A stretch of DNA of 64,000 nt. It comes from Antedon mediterranea (lineage: Eukaryota; Animalia; Echinodermata). Under the pieces are notes generated by a model. It ran no database searches. It was given only the letters and a program-made list of their open reading frames with translations, and was not told where the DNA came from. The translations under genes were made by a program, and so were the position numbers. Positions 25,980 through 39,464 of the stretch are shown here, piece by piece (within the stretch, counting starts at the first letter, position 1; each line of letters opens with the position of its first letter). Where the stretch lies: NCBI RefSeq assembly GCF_964355755.1, contig NC_092673.1:24983648-25047647 (forward strand). Reading direction: 5' to 3'.

Positions 25980-26225
25980 AAAAAATAAATAAAAATTCTA
26001 AAATTTTTTTGTAAATTCTATCAATATTTAAATGATAATGAAAGACAAATTAATGTTTGCATATGAAAATGCCTTAAAATTGTAAAAAGTAACAGACAGA
26101 CCCCTGATTGTTTTTCCACTCCTCAATTTAGTTATTGTATTACAAAATAATATTAAAAATAAACCTTTTCTATGTAGTATAATTTAATATTGAATACATC
26201 AGTGTTGGGTTTAACTGAAATGTTG

Positions 26226-28686
26226 CTAAGGGGTGTAAGCGGGTGGTGGAGGCATCTCTGTAAGTTGAGGAGCACTTCGCAACTCTGCCTCCAGAAAGTT
26301 ATCCCAATCATCCATCAGTCGCTCCCGTGGGACGACTTCATATGCTGAGTACCGCCGTAAGAGGTTAGTTGCCGAGATGATGACAGACAGGGAGCCGGCT
26401 CCAGCCACGAGATAAAAGCCGACGTCATATGATACCGATACTTTACTTCCCTCGGCTAACTTGTAGCTGTTCAAAACTTTTTCCATAAGTGTTGTTACCC
26501 AGTAACAGAATCCGCAGATGGTTACACACAAGAGAACTAAAAATAAAAATGTCATTGATTACTTTTAATACACAGTTGATGAGATTATATTATGTACTGT
26601 GGACTATTTAAAACATCCAGGGGTCCAGGTTCCAATCCTGACTTAGTACCAGAGTTGTTTACTCATGACTCTTCCAACTCCACTCCCTAAGCTTCAAATG
26701 AGACTTAGTTTATAAGCATGATAAATAATAAAATAGTTTATCCATAGTTTTTGGTGAGTTTGTGTTTGCTGTTGGATGCGTATAAAAGAAAAAAAAACAA
26801 AGACAAAAAGAATTTTCAGAATATTTTTTAATTACTCACAACACACTGTACCAAAATATGGACATGATTTGCAAATATAAATCCCACAATGCAACATAAA
26901 TAATGGCACATAGATGGATTGAAAAACATGAATATTGTAGCCAGCATACAGTATGAAATAAAATGATCGTAAGAGGGCCTACCTGTTACTATATTTCCAA
27001 CCGAGTGTCTCCGTATTGTCTTTATGACGTGCTTCATCGGACCGAGTGTATCGAGGAAAAATGCGATTAGACTACTAATGATAGACAGGAAGATGAAACT
27101 GATGTTAATTCTCATTATTGTAACAACCTGAGAGGTGATACAATATTCCATGGCTGAAATAAAATAATGTTATTATTATTAATCATTTGAAGACAATTTC
27201 TTCCACACGCAAAATATTAAGAAAACTGTATAATTACATTTTCATAAGAATATAGTTCAGATTTTTTTCCTAGATTAAGAATGTTGTAGTATATTTCACC
27301 ATCATTTTTGTAATTTCACACTTAATAAATTCTGATTCTGTTAAAGCAATCATTAAAAACTAGAAAAAACCATGACGTTTACACTACACCCCTAGTGATT
27401 AAATTTTTAACCTCATGTCGAATTTAAACATATGAATTACCGGTACTGGACATAAAAAATATTTAGAGAGTATTGCTGTATGTCAAAAATACATCTTTAT
27501 CAATGTGTATATATTATATTGGTAGAAAGTATTATTAAGCTCTGTCTACACTATCAAACTTTATGTTACAAACAAATGTGATGTGCCCATATATGGACAA
27601 GATGATGTCATATCAAAAATACAAAAGTAGAGTGTAAATTTGTGTTGCTTGAACAGACTATGACATTACTTAAAAAATATTTGTGGGAATGGTTCAAGTA
27701 GGATGTGACGATGCATATTCTGTTAATTTGTTTTTATCTTATCTTATGACAAGGGCAGATCCAGGATTTTTAAATGGAAGTGCTAATTAAATGTAATATT
27801 AATAATCTACTGTATAAAAAAAAAGTTATTCATAATTTTATTTTAGCTGTCAAAAGGTGGGAATTTGCACATCACCAATAATACTTTTGAAAACAACTAA
27901 AATATTGAATATAATCTGAATATCTTTTTAATAAATAGCAGAAAATTCAGTAATTCAGTAATCACGGGGGAGTTCGTACAGTAGGGGCATGTCATGATGG
28001 CATCAACTAAAATTTAACATTGAGTTCAAGAAGGGGTACTGTTTTTGTATTGTATTTAAAATGTAAACCTGTTAGCTGACCGATTTTACCTATCGTAGCT
28101 GTAAATTATGGTACACTGATTTACCGTAAATCTTCTAATTGTAACCCTGGGTTATTATTCTTTGATTGTTTTTAACTAGGGTGAGTTACTATTAGAAGGT
28201 GAGTTACTATTAGAAGGGGGCTTACTATTAGAGTGTGGGTTACTAAAGTATTAGAAAATTTACGGTAACCAATCCAAAGTTACTCTGCAGGCTCCAGTCT
28301 ACTGTCCCATTATCAATATTTATTAAATTTAAAAATGAACATTAAAAAAAATGTAAATCTAAAAACAATAGGAACTTACAAGGGGTATTTTCAACATGCG
28401 GTGTGAGGAATTCATATGCTCCAATATACTCCTTGTCACATTTACCGCCATGAAGACTGAACCATTTCTGCTCCGCCAGCGCAGCGATTAAGAACGCGAT
28501 AACAACCATGCCCATGATTGCGGCTACAAGGTTTCGTTCAGTTGTCTTTGGTCTGATTTGCCTGCTACGTCGATGTCTGTGATGACGATGTCTTCTACGA
28601 TGTCTACGACTTGACCTGCCAGAGCTCGATGAAGAGGTGGTCACTGTGTTTGCTGAAGTCGTGTTGTTGCTGTTACTGCTTGTCAT
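26226..28686 (-). CDS. TMEM127: Transmembrane protein 127; exons ~28380-28686, ~26983-27153, 26226-~26537
   Basis: ERNLVAAI...ALAEQKWF, YCITSQ...SLIAFFLDTLGP, GFCYW...GFYLVAGAG...NLLRRY...PPPPAYTP* match TMEM127. Confidence 0.93.
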
Positions 28687-30973
28687 GATGCAATATATTC
28701 TTTATTGTTTTTGTTTAAGAATTATTAATAAAATGGCGAAAATTGTGTAGATATTACTATTCAGAATGGTTGCATAAACTACTGTAGCTTTTCCTGAATT
28801 TTCGAATTAGAATTGATGATCACTTATACTCTAAAAAAAAGAAAATATGCTTAATAATAATACATCATAGTATGTATTGTATATATTAATCAATAATATA
28901 ACAATGTACTCTACTGTAGGACCTAGCTAGCTAGCCTAAATAAACATCCAAAACAGTTGGACAGATAAAAAATATTTATTGAAACATAAACTGTTACAAA
29001 ATGCCATTCTCGGGTTAATTTGTTTTAACTAATGAAATAATCCAATACAGAATAATAAGTTACATCAATTACAAGTTCTAGATTTCTAGGCCCTATTATG
29101 TTCAGTTTCTCGTATTGATAGGCTAAGCCTCCTGTTGTGTAGGCTGGCTAGTGTTTTTCGCATTGCTTGCTTGCGCCCGTCGTCGTAGTAGTCGAGAGGT
29201 AAACAAGGAAGTGCCCACAAAAGTTGTTTAAAAATGATAATATAGTACATCTTACACGATTATATTAGTACATGTATGTCCTTTAAATATTAAAGATACT
29301 TACAGTCATATTTCAATGCACAATTTCATTACATAAACATGAAATAATATAGGTTTTTACACGATAAGTTTCTTGAGATTATTCGTCGTTCCTTTCTTGT
29401 TTTTATTATTCCCGATATCCTATAGATGGCGCTGTTTTGTTTTTTCAAGATATCATCACAACAGTAACAGCAGTATTTCTCCAAAAATGTAACTGAAATT
29501 TGGTATTGCAATAGTGATTTATAAATTATTTTATGATTGACAACTAAAAATACTGTAGAAACAAAAGTTGACAAATAAAAACATATAAGGCAATAAATTG
29601 TACTTTTTCTATATTCAGTATTTTATTAGAGTAAAAGTCAAAAGCAACACCTTAATTGTAAAGTAAATAAATAGTAAAACAACCCTGGAGAATTAATGTT
29701 GAGACGGCATTTAGGGGTAGAGGCAACGAAAATATTATCAATAAAAAAACTATATTATTTATAGTGTATAACCACTGTTGTCTAGATAACCAATTAAGTA
29801 TGATCACATCACCATTATTTTTAAATATATCAATCAACACATTTTATGCGAAATTTTGACAGTAATAAATAAAATACTGTATTATATTAGTTCTAGAGTG
29901 GCATATGTAGTTTTCTAGTAACACATTTTGTTTTTATTAAACATGATCATTCTAATTTTAACACAATTATTACATTTATGAACCCAAAGATACATGACAT
30001 TAACTGTTTTATAAACAAAGATATTGTGTGAAAAACCCCCAAAATAATATTACTTTGTGGCTCCACAATTTCCCATTTCAGGAAAAAGTTATTTAAGAGA
30101 AGAAATTATATAATTTATTTTAATGATTTAATACATTATTGTTATAGCAGCAATGCATGGCATTATTAAAGTGCACATTATTTTTGAAATGCAATCGTAA
30201 TTGATTATATTAAATCTAAATTGATTAAATTCAATCTAAATTGATTCAACTGTTCAATACATTATTCAGGAAAACTGTATACAATTGTTATGATTCAATA
30301 AATTATTGACATGGAATGAAGTGTTATGATAACTGGATTGATTTTAAATACATTACTCTGTATTATAAATATATAATACAGAGTAATATATACAGAATAC
30401 TAATTAATAATTACAAGGTATTCCATACCAAAATTACTGTATAATTATTGTTGCAATCAATTATTTATCGTTACATAAATTATTATTTTAAACACAGTTT
30501 TATCACCAATGTAATAAGAGCTGTGGTAATTAGTATTATGGGAATTATTTATTGAATTTCACCAAACGTGAGAAACACACACATTTTAATATGCATGTCA
30601 ATACTATTGCTGTAACAATACTATATACTAATAACAAATTAATAGTTAATATAAATGATCGATGTAATGACAAGGTATGGTGGTTGATAATATGATTTAA
30701 AAATTGAATTGAAAAATTGGTTGGTTGGATTTAGGGAAGACTGAAATTACACTCGCACTTCCCTGGTTGGATTGGGCTTGAGCAATATAAACAATTTTTT
30801 ATACCTGATAATAGTAATGATTATGATTATTTTATTATGACGCCTATTTTAGTAGCAGAAGCAATGCTGAGGATTCAAGATACTGTACATCATCAGCAAG
30901 AAACAATAACAATTAATAATAATAAGTATTTCAGGCTTATTTCACTGCAATATAACTAAAATATTTTCAGAAT

Positions 30974-33900
30974 CTATTGGAAACTCATGATTGTGTTTTT
31001 AATAATATCGGTGCATTCTCTCATCTGTTCTTCCGTCATGGTAAGCGGTGGAGTAAAGCGGATGATGTGGTCGTGCGTCGGTTTCGCAAGCAGGCCGTTG
31101 TCACGCAGTTTGAGACACACCTTCCATGCATTGTAATCTGTGACAAAAAAATAATATAAGAATATATTATTGTTATTATGTAAGATCCAGAAAACATTCC
31201 AGCAAGGCAAGAATTATTGTTGCTTATCAGAGCTTCATACGCCATGGATGTACTGTAATTTTTGTGGTGGTGATACCAAACTTCAAAGTCTGCCACCCAC
31301 CCTAAAGCTATGTAATCTACCCAGCATAATTTCAACATATCACCAACCCAATACACCTCTGCGTAGCTCAAAATACAATTCTATTTATATACCACCCACT
31401 CTTAACTACTCTAGCTACATCACTGTATACCTGATGTATCTTTAATAACTATGGCATTCATCAATCCTTTCCCTCGTACAACTGACACGATATCTTTATT
31501 TAGTTTGCTGAGTTCTTCACGAAGAATAACACCCAGTTTATCAGCTTTGTTTGCCAAGTCCTCTTCTACCAAAACCTGAAAAAATATATTTTTTAGAAAT
31601 ATTTATTCTCGTGTCTAAACCAAGCTGGTTTATTAATTGTTGAGCTCTGTCTCTACACTATCAAACATTATGTGACAAAACAATTTGATGTCATATCATA
31701 TTTGGGCATATCTCTATACCATATTTGGTCACATCACACATTTTTTGTTAAAATAGTTTGATAGTGTAGACAGAGATTTAGTTTGGCTGAAATCTAGGGA
31801 AGTTGGTTACTTGATAAGCCTTATGTCCAACCATATGGATTAGTTATGCTATCATCTAGGTACATTATATACTTAAGTCCGATACCACAAACCAAAGCTG
31901 CTTGGCATGGTTGACTGTGTGTTTCTATAGGCAGTGAACACACTGTAAAAAATGCATGTAAATTAGTCTTTTCTATTGGCACACAGTTAACAATTTGTAT
32001 CAGGAGCCAATACTTGGTGTGGGGGATTTTTTTTTTACCATGTATCAAATTCATTGTTTAAAGTGCAAATATAAATATACATTAGACACACAGTGAACCA
32101 TAATGAAACAGAATAATAAATTAAACACACAGTTGACTGGTCCATATGGTACTTTGTTAATAAAAGATTTACTTTTTTTCTATTACACTATCAAGTATCT
32201 ATTTACATTAACAAACATCTTTAAACTATATTAATTCAACTGTTAATATAAGGTTTCAAGTGTATACCTCTAAAGCTGTGATGGCTACCCTACAGGCAAG
32301 TGGATTTCCACCATATGTGGAGCCATGTTCTCCAGGCTTGATTGTCATCATCACCTCATCATCTGCTAAGATTGCGGACACCTGTAGAACAAATTATGCT
32401 AATTAATCAGAAAATAACTAGCCATGATTTTAATGTACAGTTCATGGATAGTTAATTTTTATTTTGTTACTTTATTAAGTTTGTATTGTTTTCCAGGTAA
32501 TGGTTCATTTATTCACTGCCTTTTGGAGGCTCAATCTTTAAGCCAAATTGAATCCTCCACATCACAAATGCATGTCATAACATCCTTTAGAGGTTGATTA
32601 TTGAAACAAGCAAAAAAAAAAAACAAGTCCTCAGCACATGTATCTCATATTGACTGTTGTTTGGAGGCTAAATCTTAAAGCCAATTTGAATCCTCCTCAC
32701 ATGCATGTCATAACGTCCTTTGGAGGTTGAATATTAAAACCAAATTGAGTCCTATTCTTATACAGAAACAGATTTTGGTAAATACTTACTGGATATACAC
32801 CACCCGATAATGCTTTTCCTAAGATAACTAGATCTGGACGAACGTTTTCATGATCAACACATAGCATCTTGCCAGTTCTGGCAAGCCCAGTCTGCACTTC
32901 ATCAGCGATCCACAGTACCTAAAGTTTCAAAGTGTTTTGTTTACTAAAATATATTTGTACAATTTAATATCTTATCTGTTTAATGCCTGTCAATCACAAC
33001 ATTGAATGCTATCTTAATTTTTTCTTAAAAAAGCAAATCTTTCTATTCATGTACTGTGTAGGCTACGTGTATTGAGTAACTAAAGGGTTGTACGATATGT
33101 GGGTTTCCCCATTGTATTAGTCGCTTCTTCTAAATGTTAGGCTGCCTGAGAGCCACCTTTTAATTGTTTTCCTTCACAAAGGCTACAGTACTCACATTCT
33201 GTCTGGTACATATGTCTCTTACTCCTTGCAGATAGCCTTCATGGGGAACTACAACTCCTGCCTCTCCTTGGATAGGTTCTACCATGAAAGCAACTACATT
33301 TGGATCCTGGCAAGCTTTCTAAATCAAAAGAATGGAATATGTTGTTTATATAACAAGCATGAAATATACACTAAAAGCATAGTATAGTTGACAAGCTTTA
33401 TAGACTAATTACACAGATAGTAAAAAATGTATCTGCTATAGGCAATTTCAGTTTTTAAAGAGATCCAACTACTTTACAAGGTGTCTGGAGTAGTGGCACT
33501 CTAGCTTGGTAGTTAACATGCTAACTTCACAATCATAGGGAGAGTGGCCGTTCACACTTATAAAGAGAAACACTTAAAATTTAATTAATTTATTCTTTAA
33601 TTAATGAGACTTTTTTAAAGAATGTACTGTACAATAATAGCTTACTGGACCTAAATCATGGCTATACCATAGTAAAACAGCTGTGTTTCACAAGAAGAAT
33701 TAGGGTGTTCATTTAATTGTATGACAATGGGGTGGGAGAAGAAGAGGGAAGGGGATGGTTACTTATAAACTTGCAAGATTTAAACCTACTGTACCTCAAG
33801 TGCAGCTAGGTCATTGTATGGTATCAGTTCAAATCCAGGCATGTATGGGCCAAAACGTTCGTAGCAGCTAGGATCAGTTGACGATGAAACAGCTGCCAAA

Positions 33901-36156
33901 GTTCTTCCCCAGAAATTGTCATTAGCAAATATAATCTTCGCCTTGTTCGCTGGTACTTTTTTAACATCATAGCCCCACCTTCTTGCCAGTTTGCAGGCTG
34001 TTTCACCGCCTTCAACGCCTAGGTTTTGAAAGGTTTTACTATTATACAGATAATGCCTGTTTAAAAGAGGGGTAATATAACATTTGATATCATCCGAGGA
34101 AATGACAATTTTTGCATTCTAGTAAACACATAGGTTATACTGTATAAGAAAACTTGATGAAGCTCAGAAAACCAGAAATTAAGAAAACAAGGTTCTATAT
34201 CCTGTCATACTCTGCAAAATTTACTTTTTTTTAGTAATGAATCTATAATTATATTATAATCATGAATCAATCCTTGATTCAAATGCAAAATGTACACAAC
34301 TATACTCGTTGTAGTTACGAATATAACTGGTGATACTCGTCAACACGAATACGCTTTACGAATACGAAATGGAAATCAGCTCAGAAGTATCACAAATGTG
34401 TTATGTATCCGTTTTCGTTATTGTATTCATAAGATTGCGAAACCTTCCTAATATTCATTACCTGTATTCATTGGCAAGACTTTGTCATAACCAAACATCT
34501 TGGTGATATACTCTTCATACTCGCCCAATACATCTGTGTAAAATGCCCGAGATGTAAGCGCCATGATGTCGAGCTGATCTTTCAGGGCATTTATAATCTT
34601 AGGGTGACAGTGACCCTGGTTGACAGCACCGTAAGCACTCAGAAAGTCATAGTAACGTTTGTTGTCTATGTCCCATACATGTACACCTGTCGATTGTGGC
34701 AAAATGGGTAAAATTTAGTGTTGCTGTAATATAAATTCGAAACACAAGGTTGCTGGGAGAAAAACTGCACTTCCCATTGCTGGAAAAAGGCTACACTTAA
34801 AACTACTGGGGCAAAGCTGCTCCCACCATTGCTGGAAAAGGGCTACACTTTAAAACTACTGGGGCCACGTCACATGCACCATTGCTGGAAAAAGATAACA
34901 CTTAAAACTTCTGGGGCAAAGCTGCACCCACCATTGCTGGAGAAAGGCTGCACAATATATATTTGTGTGTGTCTTAATGCTGTTTGTGATTTAGGCTAAT
35001 TTCACTACAAGCATGTGTATGCGAGTTTGGTGTAATGGTTATGTAACAAGCCTTTCAATTAACAATAGCTTCAGTCGACTAACAATAGAACAGCAATGCG
35101 AAAATCAAACGAGTTAATTTGAAAAGAAATAGGTTTTTTAAACTACTCGCATAAAAAAAGGTGCACATTAAATCCAATTAAGCTTTAAAATGACAAATCA
35201 CAAATTATAACTCTTGCTTCTTGTACAAAAATGAAGTTGTTTGGACAAGTAGTTCGAGAAAATGCAATTTCAGTTTACTTGTTAGTTTAAGACTGCTAGC
35301 CGGCTTTTGAAAAATTCCGTCTTATCTTTTCACACAAGCACTGTAGCAGGTCAGAAAAGTATACTAAAAAGTCGTCCAGAATTGGGACCTTAGTCTCAAA
35401 TGGTCCAAAATGGAAATTTAATGGAATGGTCCTTAACCACATATCTATCTGTATATTCATTTTGGTAAAGATCTTGTAATTACTTTTTGAATAATCCTGC
35501 TAATACTGTGCTAACAAACAAACAAACACACACGATCGATTACATATACCTCCTTGGCGGAGGTAGACTACTGGGGCAAAGCTGCATACACCATTGACAT
35601 TTACTGTAAAACTACTGGGGCCAAGCCATAATATACTGTTCACTCAACATTGCAGAGACAAACCCACACATACTATTGTTGGGGAAAACCAACACAGACT
35701 TTTAAAAGCAAATGAAATTTGATCTACTAATACTATGCTTGATTTCAGATTTTATATCTCTTTTACAATTTAAGAGGTTTTTATGCTGTAGTTTAAAAGA
35801 AATAACCATGGACTGTGATTTAAAAAAAATAAATGCAAAATCAGAAATCAAAAGTACACATTCTTGTATTACACAAGTTGGTATTAAAAACAAACCAATT
35901 AGTTACAGTACAACTTACATTACTTGCATAAAATAAATTGTAATAAAAAATCAAAACAAGTAAAACAATAGAAATGTTTACCTTTAGTTCGGGTAATTGC
36001 TACAGGCAAAGGGCCGTAATTATGTGCACCATACTTGGCTTCTCTATCAAACACTTGCTGGGAAGTTGTCGCAGGAACTGGACGTGTTATTGTGCTCTGA
36101 GCGCGGGTCAGCTTGCTTACGAACTGTTGTCCTCTGATCACATGTTTGCTGAACAT
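30974..36156 (-). CDS. OAT: Ornithine aminotransferase, mitochondrial; 8 coding exons (~35982-36156, 34462-34686, 33795-34018, 33196-33319, 32790-32918, 32268-32381, 31431-31575, 30974-31137); probable non-coding first exon near 38990-39060
   Basis: [77 protein letters not shown] (PLP lysine), [28 protein letters not shown]. Confidence 0.97.
31643..31776. mobile_element. Palindromic Harbinger-like MITE family (AGCTCTGTCTACACTATCAAAC ends); other copies 50382-50540, partial 27538-27612 and ~22775-22870
   Basis: Inverted ends GCTCTGTCT..ACACTATCAAAC / GTTTGATAGTGTAGACAGAG; TAA/TTA flanks on the 50382 copy. Confidence 0.7.
34745..34952. repeat. Degenerate ~54-bp tandem repeat (CCATTGCTGGAAAA...ACTACTGGGGCAAAGCTGC), resuming at ~35567-35625 after an insertion
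   Basis: 3-4 copies, then the same motif reappears beyond the HINE-like element. Confidence 0.7.
35008..35564 (-). mobile_element. Helentron/HINE-like non-autonomous element
   Basis: Minus strand starts TACCTCCGCCAAGGAGGTA (hairpin) followed by TGTTTGTTTGTTAGC microsatellite; interrupts the tandem repeat above. Left boundary is uncertain. Confidence 0.55.
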
Positions 36157-36500
36157 TTTCTACAAATAAAAGATAAACTGATGTAATACTGTCAGCAGGG
36201 TCTAATAAACAATTTACAGGGACTGAATTGACTAACAGTACAAAGTTCTTTAAAGATGAATTGTCCCCTTAAAAATTAATCCTTAAAATATGCCATTTTA
36301 ATGTTGCATAATAGTTATCTAAAAAAAATATGTTTAAATGAAAAACAGTAATTTAAAGAAAAAAAAAGTCAAGCTGGCTGCCAGCCAGTGAGTGGGTTTT
36401 TAGTTGAATTTAACTATTTATTTTGTCATTTTACCAGTGAAAACATTATTTCTTAACTTTTGAGGTGATTTTGGTGTAAAAAATAATTGATCAGCCTTAA

Positions 36501-37128
36501 AGCCCCATTCCCTACGTTTTTTAGATCTAATTTAAGATCACAAACTATATTTAATGTAAAAAAAAAAAAAATATGATCCTATTGCGATAACTTTTTTCGT
36601 CTTTAAACGGTTAAAAATGTGAAAAATAAGTCGCTTCTAATAATTATAGCGGCCCGCTATAAATCCCAAAATGCATTGCGCGCGGATTGATATTTTTGTT
36701 TTTCACCTGTAATTCGCCCACTTTTCGATCGATCGTGAGGCCAAAACAAATGGAAGACTCCTAACTTTTCAGCGAAAATACCGGGTTTTCCCCCAATTTG
36801 TATCAACGGAGTCTGGCAAAAATAGAAAGACAATTAATGCAGCAACTATACAACGTCAGGCTAGGTATATAGGTAGCGTACGATGTTCGTACGTTACCGA
36901 TGTTTACCAGCTAGGCCTACAAAACTAAGCCTAGCTAGGCTAGGCCTAAGACCGTCCACGAGAGGTCGATCGCCGCGAGCTACTCAGGTAGTGCATTGTT
37001 TCTCACTTTTTATCATAATTTACCATAAAACGTACATTTAAGACAAGGAATGACATGGTTTAATGTTTTTAAAGTGATATATATGTATTATTTTCCAAAA
37101 AACGTCCAAAATTGCAGGGAAGGGGTCT
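36501..37128. mobile_element. Kolobok-like MITE, TTAA target, in the OAT 5' intron
   Basis: TTAA|AGCCCCATTCCCTAC ... GCAGGGAAGGGGTCT|TTAA. Confidence 0.7.
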
Positions 37129-37244
37129 TTAAGAATGTACAATATGTCTCAGAAATACAAGTTTTGCGTTAATTAGTGACCTGACAGTGTATTTGCGCTG
37201 ACATACTGTATGACAGAAAATGCAATGTTGACGGCGATTATTAA

Positions 37245-37673
37245 AGCCTGTTTTTCTGTCGACGTTAAGTTACGTTGAGTTGCGTTGAGTTGACATATTC
37301 AACGATTTAACAGGAAAAGGGGGTAAAAATTAACGTTGAAAATCGTTAAAATCTTAAATCGTTAAAGTTGAACTTGGTTCAACTTTAACGATTACGATCG
37401 TTAAAACTGACCAATCAAATGGTCCACAAATTACGTCATTGCAGTTTGTGAAAAAATAGGTACGCGCTGGCAATTCTTGAATGTTTACAACGCAACGATT
37501 CTTTTCACCTTTTTTGTACACTTTTAAGGTCTGATATTTAAAAAAAACAAGTGTAAAAGTTAAATTAGCGGTCCGACTCGATCATCGCCATCGCTATTTT
37601 ATTTTCATTCAACTTTAACGATTTTAAACTAAACGCAACTCAACGTATTTCAACGTCGACAGGAAAACAGGCT
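37245..37673. mobile_element. PIF/Harbinger-like MITE
   Basis: TAA|AGCCTGTTTTTCTGTCGACGTT ... AACGTCGACAGGAAAACAGGCT|TAA; internal palindrome AATCGTTAAAGTTGAAC-TTG-GTTCAACTTTAACGATT. Confidence 0.8.
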
Positions 37674-38038
37674 TAAAAGAAACAAGTATGAGAAGAGTCA
37701 TAATTCAGTGACTACAAAAAAGGGAAAAAAAATAAAAACACATGTTGGCTGCGATAGGCATATTTGTATTTACTATCTATACAATATGTGTAAAAAGTAA
37801 ACAAAAACTTTAATGAATAATGACAAATGTCCTGATTCTATCAAATAATAATAATTAAGATATTTTTATTATGTATGAAAGATACTGGTAAACTAGCTAG
37901 GCCAAACTGGTGTCCGCCTCTAGACCAGTTCAAACCCCCGCCGACGTCGGTAAGTTCATGTTGGTTCGATGGCCTAAACTATTATTGCTGACTGGAGGCC
38001 TCTTTCCTACCTAGCTAGGCCTACTACTAGGCCTAGGC

Positions 38039-38812
38039 GGTGTCTGATCATTTCGGCCGCCAGTCATTTCGGCCGCCGGTTATGGAATTGCAAAATTCAT
38101 GAAACGCCAAAAAGGACAAAATATGTATTGTTAATTTCGGCCGCCAGAATTGTAATTATTCTTGAATATGTATGACACGCCATGTGTGTTAAAATGTTAA
38201 TATTTTACTAGGCCTAAATACTGTATTATTAAGCCGAATCGGTGGTCTTCAATTCCAGAAACAGCAGCGATATTATAGCGTGCACATTGCCATCACTACA
38301 GTGAATATTAATGATATTTTTTTAATAAGAAGGAGGTGATGCTGAAGTTTTTTTTATGTGCCAGTCAAAAACACTTGACTTGATTCATAAAACACATTTT
38401 TACAAAGCACACGCATCTTCGGGACTTGTAAAATAAATAAAAAAATAAACATTAAATCAATATTCATTTTAACCAAAATATTCAGACGGTAAAATACCGT
38501 AACTAATATAACTTTAAATCTATGCCTACGGCAAAAACAAAATGTATTTAGCCCATTGCACAACTGATCTCTAGTTTAAATGACCATAGACTTGATAAAG
38601 TTTTTTTTTCACTGTGTAATACTGTACAGTTAATGAGTTATTTCTGGCTATTTCAATTTGGCGCGCCATACCTGGCGGCCGAAATGATCATGCCATATTT
38701 TGTCCTTTTTGGAGTTTCATGAATTTGGGCGTTCCATAACCGGCGGCCGAAATGATTGGCGGCCGAAATGATTGGCGGCCGAAATGATTGGCGGCCGAAA
38801 TGCACTGTGACC
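38039..38812. mobile_element. Mutator/foldback-like non-autonomous element with ~100-bp modular TIRs
   Basis: 9-bp TSD GGCCTAGGC at 38030-38038 and 38813-38821; arms built of 15-bp CATTTCGGCCGCCA repeats, then GGTTATGGAA..CATGAAAC..CAAAAAGGACAAAATATG mirrored at the right end. Confidence 0.85.
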
Positions 38813-39464
38813 GGCCTAGGCTAGTAAAGAGACTATTTATATATAAATACTATAGCCTAGGCTATAGGAGTCTCAATATTTTCATACCAATTATTATTTG
38901 CAGCCGCTTCTTTCAATTATGGTAAATTAAACATAGCATAACTTATTAATAGGAGTTCAAAACGTTCAAATAAGTAATATTCATACCAGTTTTATCCGTA
39001 TATCTATTTAGGACCGGTCAAGTAGGTGATAAAACACGTTTATCTTCTCGACGAGCTCCTATCAACACATGCCTCGATCCTGCCCGTTTGTGTGTGTACT
39101 TAATGGGATTAATGAGCTATATTTCCTATACCATCCTGGCTAGTTGAGAATTCTCAACTATTTTATGTTTTTTTCTACCTTTCTGGAAAATGATATAATC
39201 CAAATTGTATTAATACTACCAGTAATAAATATTTAGAAACACTTGCATACCTTCACTAATTTTAGTTGTTTGTAGTTTAAGACAATCTTAGTGATATTTA
39301 AATGAAAACAATACGATAAAAACTATTGTGTCTGTATTTTACAAGACTATGACTTCCGTATAACATGCATTGTGGGTACTTCAATTTTTATAGAAAAGCT
39401 AGGGAATCCTAATTTAGTAGGCAGCATATGGGGGCGGGGCAACCAAACTTGCTTATCAAATCAA

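Noticed and set aside
28090-28098. Possible frame-preserving 9-nt micro-exon in TMEM127 (cag|CTACGATAG|gtaaaa)
   Set aside because: Weak polypyrimidine tract and the gene splices in frame without it; needs RNA-seq.
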